From a virus (lineage: Duplodnaviria; Caudoviricetes): DNA of 63,037 nucleotides. Numbering within the stretch: position 1 is the first letter of the stretch; every line of letters starts with the position of its first letter. A model generated the notes under the pieces. It saw nothing but the letters and a program-made list of their open reading frames with translations, ran no database searches and had not been told where the DNA came from. The translations under genes were made by a program, and so were the position numbers. Shown here in pieces: positions 18,860-28,582 of the stretch. Location: positions 1 through 63,037 of IMG/VR virus record IMGVR_UViG_3300035670_010208, one strand, 5' to 3'.

Positions 18860-20083
18860 ATGCCACCAAATCTACAACCAATATCACAACTAAGTGCTAA
18901 AATATTGCCATCAACAGGATCTTATACAGAAGTATTGTCATCTTTGGCATTTGGCATCTATTCATCAAATGCTTTTATATCTGGTTGCGTAGATGCTGTT
19001 AGTTATGTTTATCAAAAACTTGGCGGCAACATTCTTGATATAGAACTAGAGACATCAAACGTATACAATGCTTATGAAGATGCTGTTTTAACTTATTCTA
19101 AAATAATAAATACACATCAAGCTAAAAACATACTTTTATCAGCACTTGGTGCATCAACAGGCTCGTTCAATCAAGATGGAGAGTTAACCTCTGGGCAAAG
19201 CATTTCTTTAAAATATCCAAATTTTACACTCGGATATGCTCGAACAATGGCAGAAGGATTTGCAAATGAAGCTGGATTTGGTGGTACATCTCCTATATAT
19301 TCTGCAAGTTTTCAAATAATACCAGGCGTTCAAGATTATAACCTACAGGCGATTATGTCGTCATCCACAGAATTTTCAGGGATTGTTGGAGATAATAGAA
19401 TTATAGTTAGAGATGTGTTTTACAGAACACCACAATCAATGTGGAGATTCTTTGGTTATTATGGTCAGTTTAACGTAATTGGAGCATGGGGTGCTTATGG
19501 ACAATACGCAAACGATAGCACTTTCTTCTTAGCACCTGTATTTCAGACAAAGCTTCAAGCATCTGCTTTTGAAGATGCTTTATGGACAAGAACATCCCAC
19601 TATTCATACGAGATATTGAATAATAACATAAGAATATTTCCAATTCCAACAATTGGCTCTCCTAAAAAGATGTGGTTTAGATTTTCTGTAAAAACAGATC
19701 CATGGTCATCTGGTTCTAATAATTCAAATGAAATAAATGGCGTTAACAACATTAACACGCTTCCATTTGCCAATATTCCTTATGAAAACATAAACTCTAT
19801 GGGTAAACATTTCATAAGAGAATACTGCTTGGCAAACTGTATGGAGACTCTTTCTTTTGTGAGAGGTAAATATGGACAAATACCATTACCAAAAAATCAG
19901 GTAAACCTAAATGCAGCAGATTTAAGAAGCAGATCTGACAAAATGAAAGAAGAATTGATTAAGATGTTAATGGACGATCTTGAACAACTAAAATATTCAG
20001 AATTGACAAAACAAAGAAAGGAAATGGCAGACAACGCTCAAGACTTGTTGCTTAAAATACCATTACCAATCTACTTAAAATAA
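18860..20083 (+). CDS. Neck / head-tail adaptor protein (gp13-like)
   Basis: KLGGNILDIELE, FIREYCLA...LSFVRGKYGQIPLP...LNAADL; position after the capsid gene. Confidence 0.75.
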   Translation: MPPNLQPISQLSAKILPSTGSYTEVLSSLAFGIYSSNAFISGCVDAVSYVYQKLGGNILDIELETSNVYNAYEDAVLTYSKIINTHQAKNILLSALGASTGSFNQDGELTSGQSISLKYPNFTLGYARTMAEGFANEAGFGGTSPIYSASFQIIPGVQDYNLQAIMSSSTEFSGIVGDNRIIVRDVFYRTPQSMWRFFGYYGQFNVIGAWGAYGQYANDSTFFLAPVFQTKLQASAFEDALWTRTSHYSYEILNNNIRIFPIPTIGSPKKMWFRFSVKTDPWSSGSNNSNEINGVNNINTLPFANIPYENINSMGKHFIREYCLANCMETLSFVRGKYGQIPLPKNQVNLNAADLRSRSDKMKEELIKMLMDDLEQLKYSELTKQRKEMADNAQDLLLKIPLPIYLK

Positions 20084-20094
20084 GGAATGAATAA

Positions 20095-21765
20095 ATGTTA
20101 ATTACAGAAGGCACTAAAAATGATAAGCTTGTTGCAGACATTTCGCGAGCAACATTAGCAAATGTTAAAAAAATATTTATTGAAATAGTAAATGAATTAA
20201 ATCTACAACAAATTCCACCATATATGGCAAAACATACTGTGGCGTTAGTGCTTGCCGGAATTTCTAACGTAATTAGAGAATTTTCTTTTGAAATAGGAGA
20301 TCCTTCTCAGTTTAGTTGGCCAACAGAGCATTCTAAAAAAAGAAATGAGTTTTTAAAAATTAAACAAGTAAAAATACAACTAAATCCAAATATGAATGGC
20401 GATCGCATATCATACGAAGGACATGCAGGGCGACAGCCGGATGATTCCACAAATAAAAAAATAAAAGACATGATTGAAAAAATATTAAAGGAAGAAGAGG
20501 GTAAAAGGAAAAAATTTCAATCTCTTGTTACACAATACAATAACGCCTACTCAACTTTGAGCAAGGATGGAATCCATGCATTGATGTATTACCAAACATA
20601 TTTTGGTCCAGATCAGAATAATGTTACTTACCAAGAAAGAATAGATAAAAAAATAGAGCAAGAGACTAAAAAAATCGAGTCAGAAAACTTTGAAAATCAA
20701 GAAAATTTTCTAAAGATAGAATTTTTAATACCGCCAAGTATGATTTACAAAATCAACGCAAAAACAGGAGTTTATGTTGTTAACAATGAAATATTTTCAA
20801 ATATGTTAAACAGTATTTTTACTGTATTTTCTCATGAAATAAAACACTCTCAACAGTTTCGATTAGCAATAAATAAAAAAAGTATGGATCTTAAAAAAGG
20901 CAGAAATGCCCCAGAGCCAAAAATTTTATCGGATTATTCTAAAGAAGATATACAAGTTTTCTATAATACAGATTCGTCAACTGATATTGAGGATAAATTT
21001 ATTAAAAACCCATTTGGAGATCAGGGAATAGATTGGCTTCAGTTTATACGAAGCGGTACAGACAAATTTCCTTTTCCTAGTAAAGAAAACACAAGAAAGT
21101 TTGCTTTATTAGTAAGTACGTACTATCTCGAAGATGCTGAAATAGAGGCTTTTGCTGAACAGTATTATGTAATTTGCCTTAAACAAAGAAAAGAGAAAAT
21201 AAGAAAATTAATTATAAAAAAACAAAAAGAAAAAGATAAATCAAATATTATAGATATTGATAAAAAAATCGAATTTTACAAAAAAGAAAACTTTGAATCT
21301 TTGTTTATAGATCTTGTCTTGGAAGAGTTTGAAGAACATATAGCTTCTAACCTTAGAAGTTTTGAAAAAGCAGCGATTGCAATCTTTAAAGACAATAAAG
21401 ATCATAATATTTTTGTAAAAAATGATATAAATAGAGACGGCAATTTTTCATCAGATGTATTAAAAAATAACAATTTTTTCACATCAGAATTGGCTAAACA
21501 AAATTTTACAAAAATGTTTGAATCTTTTATTCAAATATTTGCACTTCATTTTATATCCTGTGCAGAATATTTAAACAAAAAACATTTAAATCAACCACTT
21601 TCTAGCAATAAATCTAAAATAATAAATATACAAAAATTAAAAAACATTTTTGATCTCGAAGTGCAACAATATATGAGTGCTGTCGCAAGAATATTTGATG
21701 AACATTACCAATTGTACGGAGAACCAGTTCAGAATAGAAAAAAAAGAATGCTGGAAATAGACTAA
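20095..21765 (+). CDS. Hypothetical protein with HExxH motif, inserted between the neck genes
   Basis: SHEIKHSQQ plus YYLEDAEIEAFA; N-terminal LITE-G site. Confidence 0.7.
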   Translation: MLITEGTKNDKLVADISRATLANVKKIFIEIVNELNLQQIPPYMAKHTVALVLAGISNVIREFSFEIGDPSQFSWPTEHSKKRNEFLKIKQVKIQLNPNMNGDRISYEGHAGRQPDDSTNKKIKDMIEKILKEEEGKRKKFQSLVTQYNNAYSTLSKDGIHALMYYQTYFGPDQNNVTYQERIDKKIEQETKKIESENFENQENFLKIEFLIPPSMIYKINAKTGVYVVNNEIFSNMLNSIFTVFSHEIKHSQQFRLAINKKSMDLKKGRNAPEPKILSDYSKEDIQVFYNTDSSTDIEDKFIKNPFGDQGIDWLQFIRSGTDKFPFPSKENTRKFALLVSTYYLEDAEIEAFAEQYYVICLKQRKEKIRKLIIKKQKEKDKSNIIDIDKKIEFYKKENFESLFIDLVLEEFEEHIASNLRSFEKAAIAIFKDNKDHNIFVKNDINRDGNFSSDVLKNNNFFTSELAKQNFTKMFESFIQIFALHFISCAEYLNKKHLNQPLSSNKSKIINIQKLKNIFDLEVQQYMSAVARIFDEHYQLYGEPVQNRKKRMLEID

Positions 21766-21787
21766 TATTTTTTTAAAGGTAAACTAT

Positions 21788-22270
21788 ATGAGCAACGATT
21801 GGACAAGAAATAGCAGCCCGCCACCGCCAACATTTCTAAATAAACCAGAAAGAGATTTTCAAAAACAAATTTCTGATGAAATTTTAGAGAGAGTTATTGG
21901 GCAACAGATCATGTATTTCCCTGTTGATCTAGAATCGACACATATTCATCCCTTGTATAAAGAAAGTATAAACAAGGTATATTTACCAGGGATAAGAGTT
22001 TACGCTCTTGTTGATTTTGAAGATGATGACGTAAAAACTACATCAATAGGAATTGACAGAAAGTCAAAAATTACTGTATATTTTCACAGTAGAAGAATAA
22101 AAGAAGATCAAGAGCTTTATGTAAGAGAGGGCGATGTCGTATTTTACAACAACGAATATCATGAAATAAGAAAAGTAACTGAACCTGATAGACTTTTTGA
22201 TCAAATTGAGTTTAAAGTTCAAGTAAAGGCAGATTGCGTAAAAATAAGAAATGGGATAAATCTTAAATGA
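21788..22270 (+). CDS. Neck / head-closure protein (gp14-like)
   Basis: IGQQIMYFPVD...HPLYKESINKVY...VREGDVVFY; synteny with gp13 and gp15 homologues. Confidence 0.7.
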   Translation: MSNDWTRNSSPPPPTFLNKPERDFQKQISDEILERVIGQQIMYFPVDLESTHIHPLYKESINKVYLPGIRVYALVDFEDDDVKTTSIGIDRKSKITVYFHSRRIKEDQELYVREGDVVFYNNEYHEIRKVTEPDRLFDQIEFKVQVKADCVKIRNGINLK

Positions 22271-24162
22271 AAGAAGAGATAAAAGTATACTGTCCAAAAA
22301 TAGAAGATTTTGACTATGTTGTTTACGATTTGGTAAATGAAGATCTTAACATTTTTGCCGACACGCAAACAGGATGGAGAAAAGTTCCTGTTATATTTGC
22401 CTCCCCAGAAGCCTTTGTTTCGTCTAAAGAAGATTTTGATGCCAGAGATCAAAATGGAACCCTTAACTATCCAATAATATCTATTGAAAAAAAATCTGTA
22501 TCAAAACCAAATGCTCATGATGGTAATATGGCTGTCAATCAATTTAACGCACCTGATTATAAGGGTGGAGCTATTCAAATAGCACAAAAGATATCGCAAT
22601 TTTCTAACTCAAAATTTAAAAACAAAAACTCATATAACGAAACAGGATATAAAAATAGAAAACATACACCAAAAAAGGGTGAAAACGATATTTATCAAAT
22701 AATATCAATGCCCCAGCCATCGTTTATCGAAATAAAGTACGAGATACTTGTTGTATCAAACTTTCACCAACAACTAAATCAGATAATTTCTCCATTTATA
22801 ACAAGATATGGAAATATCAATTATTTTTCCAAAACAAGGAATGAGTGGTCTTACGAATTGTTCATACAGGAACAATTTAGCCAAGAAAGTAATGTTGCTG
22901 ATTTCTCTACAGAAGAAAGATTGTTTAAATCTAAAATGGAAATCGTTGTAAAAGGATACATCTTAGAAAAAGAAAATTCAGATTATGCAAATATAACCAT
23001 AAGAGAAACTCCCATTGAGTTCAAATTTAAAAAAGAATATGTGTTAAAAGGCAGTATTGAGGAATATTTATCAAATCCAAATAAATTCAAAGTCACTTTT
23101 GAAAAAAATCCAATAGTAATTTTTGACGCAAAAATTGATGATTTCAACAACTCTAGCAATATAATACCAATTACTATGGCTATATCTGGATCAACTTTAT
23201 ATATTGGAGGATCTTTTACTTATGTAAACGGCGAGAAGAGAAATAGATTAGCTGCTCTGAACAAGTATACCGGAAAACTTTTATCATTTAATCCAGACAT
23301 AAATACAGTATCATCCGGAATATGCAGCGTGAACACAATAGTTTTTTCTGGCACAAACATGTATGTTGGCGGAAACTTCCTGTCATCATCAGGACAGTCA
23401 AGAGGTAATGTTGCTTGTTACGATTCCGAGTCTGGACAAATTAAACCATGGAATCCAAATACTAGTGGTGTAGTAAACACTATATCTTCTTATGGAAACA
23501 ATATATATATTGGCGGTTCTTTTACATCCATTTCTGGGTCTACTAGAAACAGACTTGCCGTTGTAGATAAAACAACCGGAGCATTAGGTTCAGAAAATCC
23601 AAATATGAGCGCTCTTGTTTTGGCAGGAATTATAGATAACAACTTCTATTATGTTGGTGGTACTTTTACAACAGTTGGAGGTGTTTCTAGGAACAGATTG
23701 GCGGCGTTTTCTTTGCCGTCATTCTCTTTGGCCACATGGAACCCAAACGCATCAGTATCTGCTAGACCTTTGTTGGCGTCTGGTTCTTATATTTATGTAG
23801 GAGGAAACTATACAACATTGAATGGAATTTCTGTTAAAACTATTTGTCAAACAGACAAGACAACAGGAACTCCAAATGTCATAAACACTTTTACTTCTGG
23901 AAATGGCAGTAGAAACGCTATAGCTTATGGAAATGATATATTTGTAGTTGGAGATTTTTCCTACTCTAACGCAGGAAAAACAAGAAGTAACTTTGCAGCA
24001 TTTGATTCCACAACAATAACCCTAGACAATACATATAAATACGATTCAGATTTGCAAATATATAACATAATAATAGATGAAGGAAGTATTTACTTATGTG
24101 GAGGATTCTCTACAATAAACGGACAACCAAGATATGGAATATTTAAAGGAATTATATCTTAA
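22267..24162 (+). CDS. Tail terminator / sheath stabiliser (gp15-like) fused to a C-terminal beta-propeller
   Basis: N-terminal KVPVIFASPE...RDQNGTLNYPIISI...P.FIEIKYE; C-terminal ~330 aa of YIGGSFT...RNRLAA repeats. Confidence 0.72.
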   Translation: MKEEIKVYCPKIEDFDYVVYDLVNEDLNIFADTQTGWRKVPVIFASPEAFVSSKEDFDARDQNGTLNYPIISIEKKSVSKPNAHDGNMAVNQFNAPDYKGGAIQIAQKISQFSNSKFKNKNSYNETGYKNRKHTPKKGENDIYQIISMPQPSFIEIKYEILVVSNFHQQLNQIISPFITRYGNINYFSKTRNEWSYELFIQEQFSQESNVADFSTEERLFKSKMEIVVKGYILEKENSDYANITIRETPIEFKFKKEYVLKGSIEEYLSNPNKFKVTFEKNPIVIFDAKIDDFNNSSNIIPITMAISGSTLYIGGSFTYVNGEKRNRLAALNKYTGKLLSFNPDINTVSSGICSVNTIVFSGTNMYVGGNFLSSSGQSRGNVACYDSESGQIKPWNPNTSGVVNTISSYGNNIYIGGSFTSISGSTRNRLAVVDKTTGALGSENPNMSALVLAGIIDNNFYYVGGTFTTVGGVSRNRLAAFSLPSFSLATWNPNASVSARPLLASGSYIYVGGNYTTLNGISVKTICQTDKTTGTPNVINTFTSGNGSRNAIAYGNDIFVVGDFSYSNAGKTRSNFAAFDSTTITLDNTYKYDSDLQIYNIIIDEGSIYLCGGFSTINGQPRYGIFKGIIS

Positions 24163-24184
24163 TTTAATATAAATTTTTGATCCA

Positions 24185-24205
24185 ATAATTATATTAACTA
24201 ATTAA
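24185..24205 (+). promoter_or_regulatory. Tandem putative late-promoter motifs (ATAATTAT, CTAATTAA)
   Basis: Two copies of the recurrent motif upstream of the sheath SD. Confidence 0.4.
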
Positions 24206-24229
24206 TTTGAGTTTGGGAGTAAAAAATAA

Positions 24230-27106
24230 ATGACCGTTAAAAAATTCAAATTTGTATCTCCAAGCGTAAAAATCGCTGAGATCGACAATTCACAACTTAC
24301 CGCAGTAGGCGGTGACATAGGAACACTTGTAATAGGCAGAGCCAACAGAGGGCCTGCAATGAAGCCAGTAACAGTATCTTCGTTTTCTGAATTTGTAGAA
24401 ACATTCGGAGAGCCAACAGCACAAACAACAAACGGAGACATCTGGAGAGACAACATCGTTGTTGGACCAACTTATGGTGTCTATGCCGCACAAGCAGCAC
24501 TAAGATCTTCAAACGTATTTACTTTCGTAAGACTCCTCGGAACAGAACACTCAGAAGCAGCAACCAATGCTGGTGAAGCAGGATGGAAAGTCGGAGCAGT
24601 AGGTACTGCACAAACTGCCGGTGGCGCTTATGGTCTATTTGTTTTCCCATCTGGTAGCGCACAGTGTACCGGAACATTAGCAGCAGTCTGGTATCTTTCA
24701 GAAGGCTCGGTAGAATTAACCGGAAACGTATATGCAAACAACGGATTAGCACCAACTACAAGTTCTGGTAGCGCTGGCATGTTTGAGTCAGACACAAATA
24801 AGCAGTTCAGAATTAGCATAAAAGATGGAACAGGCGTAGAGGTCGAGAACACAAGATTCGATCTTGATAGATCAAGCGATAAATTTGTAAGAAAAGTATT
24901 TAATACAAATCCAACACTGCTAAATAGCACAGTTTACGTTGCAGCAGACAGAAAGAAATATTTCTTGGGAGAGAGCAACGAAGATTATATCGGTTCTGCT
25001 CCAGAACTATCAGCATTAAGGGCCTCTACAAAATGGGTTGGCTGCATTCTTGCGCTAAAACATAACACAAGTTCAGAAGAACATGCCGATAGAAGAACAG
25101 AATTTACCAACTCACAGACTGGATGGTTTTTCTCACAGGATTTCAATGTTGGTGAGGCAACAGGTTCTTATCAGCCACAGAATATGACAAAACTATTTAA
25201 GCTTCATGCGCTAGATAGTGGTGAATGGAATCAGAACAATATTAAAGTTTCTATCAGAAACATTAAGACTTCTGACAATATTGAGTATAGCCCATATGGT
25301 TCGTTTGATGTCGTTATTAGAAGAATAGATGATTCTGACGATAGACCTGAAATTCTTGAGCAGTTTGTTGGATGCACACTAAATCCAGATGACGCAGACA
25401 ATTATGTCGCTTCAAGAATTGGCGATAAATATACATCATTCGATCACACCGAAAGACTAAACAAAGAAATTGGAGTGTTTGATAATAGATCTAAATATGT
25501 AAGAGTAGAAGTTTCTGACAGGGTTGCAAACAAAGCAGTAGTTCCAGAAAGTCTTCCATTTGGTGTATATGGACCAGTTGTTTATAAATCTTTTGCAATC
25601 GTATCTGGCTCAAGTGGATTTGGAAAATACAAATCACCACTTGTAGCAGAAGCTCCTTTCGTCAAAGGTAACGCTCAGATTGTAAGATCTCTCGGAACTC
25701 TAAACGCAGCAGTTTATATGATGCCAGCAGGTTCTGGAGATTTCACTGGTTCTGTAGTCTTCCCAAGACCTCTTCTCAGAGGAGATACCACAACAGGAAG
25801 TTTGGCAAATGGAAGAAATGCATATTTCGGAGCATTTACAGATACTGTTTCTGGTAAGTTTGCAAAATCAACAAGAGATACACTAAGAAGTCTAGCAGCA
25901 GGAGTAAGCTCTTTTGACGCCTCAGACGCAGCAGCAACAGAACATGCTTGGTACTTTACTCTTGATGATGTAAAATATCTTGGCTCCTCAACATCTGATG
26001 CTCAATATGTTTCAGGCTCAAGAGTTCTCGGAACTTCAATCACAGCAGGCGGAACATATCAGACTCTTCTAAATGCAGGCTTTAACAACTTTACCACTGT
26101 AATGAATGGCGGGTTTGATGGTCTAGACGTTAGAGAGATAGAGCCATTTAGAAACTCTGAACTATCAAACAAGACAGACAAAACTTCTTATGAATACAAT
26201 ACAATTAAGAGAGCAATAGATGTTTGTAGAGACAGAGAAGATGTTAGATTTAACGTAATTTCTGTTCCTGGTCTAACAAATGCAAGTTTGACAAACAGAC
26301 TTTTGACTGTATGTGAAGATAGAGGCGACGCTATTGCAATCATAGATTGCGAGAATGACTTCATTCCAAGAAGCGAAAGCTCTTCAAATCTTGAAGCAAG
26401 AACAATTTCTGTCGCAACCACAGTGTCTTCTATGAAAGATAGATCTCTTAATACCTCATATGGAGCAGCATATTCTACATGGGCAAACATAAGAGATACG
26501 CTGACAAACAACATAGTGCCTGTTCCACCAAGCGTTATTGCAATAGGAACTCTTGCATATAACGATGCTGTAGCAGCTCCATATTATGCACCAGCAGGCT
26601 TCTCAAGAGGTAACGTATCAAACGGAAGCTCTGGACTAAATGTTGTTTCGCTAGTTAAGAGACTAAGAGAGTCAGATAGAGATAAGCTTTATGACGCAAA
26701 AGTTAACTCAATTGCAAACATCTCAACTGCTGGTATAGTCGTATGGGGGCAGAAGACACTTCTTTCGACAAGTTCTGCACTAAACAGAATTAACGTAAGA
26801 AGAGCAATGATTCATATAGAAAGACTTGTAGCAGATGTTGCATATACCATAGTGTTTGATCCAAATGCTAGAGTAACTTGGAACAGATTTGTATCACAGG
26901 TTGAGCCAATTCTAAGGACAATTCTTGCAGATAATGGTATATCAGAATTTAAACTTGTCTTTGATGAGACAACAAATACCCCAGATAATATCGACAACAA
27001 TATTGCATATGGTAAAATCTTCATCAAGCCAAGCAAAGCTATAGAGTTCATCGGTCTAGACTTCTCAATTACACCACAGGGTGCAAATTTCGAAGAACTT
27101 AGCTAA
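24230..27106 (+). CDS. Tail sheath protein (gp18-like)
   Basis: FVSPSVKIAEID, GRANRGPA...F.ETFGEP, VPPS, APAGFSRG, VWGQKTL, LNRINVRR, FDPN and IKPSKAIEFI motifs. Confidence 0.95.
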   Translation: MTVKKFKFVSPSVKIAEIDNSQLTAVGGDIGTLVIGRANRGPAMKPVTVSSFSEFVETFGEPTAQTTNGDIWRDNIVVGPTYGVYAAQAALRSSNVFTFVRLLGTEHSEAATNAGEAGWKVGAVGTAQTAGGAYGLFVFPSGSAQCTGTLAAVWYLSEGSVELTGNVYANNGLAPTTSSGSAGMFESDTNKQFRISIKDGTGVEVENTRFDLDRSSDKFVRKVFNTNPTLLNSTVYVAADRKKYFLGESNEDYIGSAPELSALRASTKWVGCILALKHNTSSEEHADRRTEFTNSQTGWFFSQDFNVGEATGSYQPQNMTKLFKLHALDSGEWNQNNIKVSIRNIKTSDNIEYSPYGSFDVVIRRIDDSDDRPEILEQFVGCTLNPDDADNYVASRIGDKYTSFDHTERLNKEIGVFDNRSKYVRVEVSDRVANKAVVPESLPFGVYGPVVYKSFAIVSGSSGFGKYKSPLVAEAPFVKGNAQIVRSLGTLNAAVYMMPAGSGDFTGSVVFPRPLLRGDTTTGSLANGRNAYFGAFTDTVSGKFAKSTRDTLRSLAAGVSSFDASDAAATEHAWYFTLDDVKYLGSSTSDAQYVSGSRVLGTSITAGGTYQTLLNAGFNNFTTVMNGGFDGLDVREIEPFRNSELSNKTDKTSYEYNTIKRAIDVCRDREDVRFNVISVPGLTNASLTNRLLTVCEDRGDAIAIIDCENDFIPRSESSSNLEARTISVATTVSSMKDRSLNTSYGAAYSTWANIRDTLTNNIVPVPPSVIAIGTLAYNDAVAAPYYAPAGFSRGNVSNGSSGLNVVSLVKRLRESDRDKLYDAKVNSIANISTAGIVVWGQKTLLSTSSALNRINVRRAMIHIERLVADVAYTIVFDPNARVTWNRFVSQVEPILRTILADNGISEFKLVFDETTNTPDNIDNNIAYGKIFIKPSKAIEFIGLDFSITPQGANFEELS

Positions 27107-27129
27107 TTAGGTCAAAGGGGAAAATATAA

Positions 27130-27642
27130 ATGGCAGGAAATTTTTGGTCATCAGTAGAATCACAGCCTAAAAGACAGTTTACTTTCGTAGTAGATATGGG
27201 AGATATTCCAAGATTTGCCGTAGCTACAGCAAAAAAACCAAGCCTAACAGTTGAAATGGCAGAAGTGTCTTGGTTGAATCATACTTTTAAATATCCAGGT
27301 AGAGTAAAATGGAACGACATATCTATGACGTTCTATGATCCTATAAATCCAGATGTAGCTAAATCTCTTTATTTGAAGTTAAAGAATTCTGGCTATTATT
27401 GGCCTGAAACACCAGGCACTTTGCAAACTGTGTCAAAAAAAGACGTAACATTAGCGATTGGAAACGTTTTATTATCTCAGCTCGATCATTCTGGAATGGT
27501 TATAGAAACTTGGACATTAAAAAATGCATGGTTCTCGGCATTGAACTTTGGAAACCTTGACTATAAATCAAATGAAGTTATTACTATAGAGATGACACTT
27601 GTTTATGATTGGGCAGAAATAAGCGGCGTAAATAATACATAA
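27130..27642 (+). CDS. Tail tube protein (gp19-like)
   Basis: PKRQFTF, KYPGRVKWNDISMTFYDP, ETWTLKNAW, FGNLDY, TLVYDWA; follows the sheath gene. Confidence 0.9.
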   Translation: MAGNFWSSVESQPKRQFTFVVDMGDIPRFAVATAKKPSLTVEMAEVSWLNHTFKYPGRVKWNDISMTFYDPINPDVAKSLYLKLKNSGYYWPETPGTLQTVSKKDVTLAIGNVLLSQLDHSGMVIETWTLKNAWFSALNFGNLDYKSNEVITIEMTLVYDWAEISGVNNT

Positions 27643-27664
27643 AACTAAATCTTAAAGAGGAATA

Positions 27665-28582
27665 ATGTCAGAGAGAAATAATCAAGAAAAATTTAAAGAA
27701 ATTTTAGGGATGGCTGCAGTTAAGCCAGAAAAAAAGGTAAGACAGGCTTCCGTAGAACCTAAAGAACCAGTAGAAGTTAATTTAGATAGTTCTCATCACG
27801 ATTTTACTCTTCCTGTTTACGAAGAACTCGTAGAATTGCCATCTAAAGGATTGTGTTATAAAGAGACACATCCTTTACATGGCAAAACTCATATTGAGAT
27901 TAAACATGTATCAGGAAAAGAAGAAAAGATTCTAACAAACAAAGACTATCTTAAATCTGGTGTTGCACTATCATCGTTTGTTAAGAGTCTCATCTTAGAT
28001 GAAGACTTAAAAAAACAATCAAATTTTGATGAAATTGTTGATGCAGATAGAACTGCAATCATTCTAGCAGCACGAATATCAGCTTTCGGAAACGAATACG
28101 AAGTTGACATTACGTGTCCATCATGTTTTCATAAAGAAGAATACATGTTTGATTTGCTAGAAAATAAAAAGAATACTGGCTTTTTTGATCTTCCAGAAGA
28201 AGAAAAAGAAGGGATTGAGTACGTAGGAGGTGGTCTTTTCAAGTTTACTCTTCCCACTTCTGGCCTATCTGTGACTACTAGAATAAGCACACAGAATATG
28301 GCATCAAAGATTGAAAAAATGACGGCTGCTAATAAGCCAATAGATTTTTGTGTTATTTTTACAGAATTAGTTGAAAAAATTAACGATGTAGAGCTATCAA
28401 AAGAACAGAAATCACAGGTTCATGATGCATTAAAGCTGTCAGATATTTGGGCGTTTAAGAAAATGCTAAAGAAGATATCGCCAGTGTTTTCTCTAGAGCA
28501 AGATTGGAGATGTAGCAATTGCGAACTTGAAGACCAGATGGAGGCTCCAATCACTTCACGTTTTTTATTTCCAAAATTATAA
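27665..28582 (+). CDS. Tail assembly chaperone / baseplate hub assembly protein (gp26-like, two CxxC)
   Basis: VELPSKGLCY, EEKIL, DRTAIILAARISAFG, CPSC and CSNC; lies between tube and tape measure. Confidence 0.75.
   Translation: MSERNNQEKFKEILGMAAVKPEKKVRQASVEPKEPVEVNLDSSHHDFTLPVYEELVELPSKGLCYKETHPLHGKTHIEIKHVSGKEEKILTNKDYLKSGVALSSFVKSLILDEDLKKQSNFDEIVDADRTAIILAARISAFGNEYEVDITCPSCFHKEEYMFDLLENKKNTGFFDLPEEEKEGIEYVGGGLFKFTLPTSGLSVTTRISTQNMASKIEKMTAANKPIDFCVIFTELVEKINDVELSKEQKSQVHDALKLSDIWAFKKMLKKISPVFSLEQDWRCSNCELEDQMEAPITSRFLFPKL
28561..28567 (+). other. Putative -1 ribosomal frameshift slippery heptamer T TTT TTA
   Basis: X XXY YYZ heptamer in frame at codons 299-301 of the chaperone; the -1 frame is open from 28531 to 28845. 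Confidence 0.65.
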
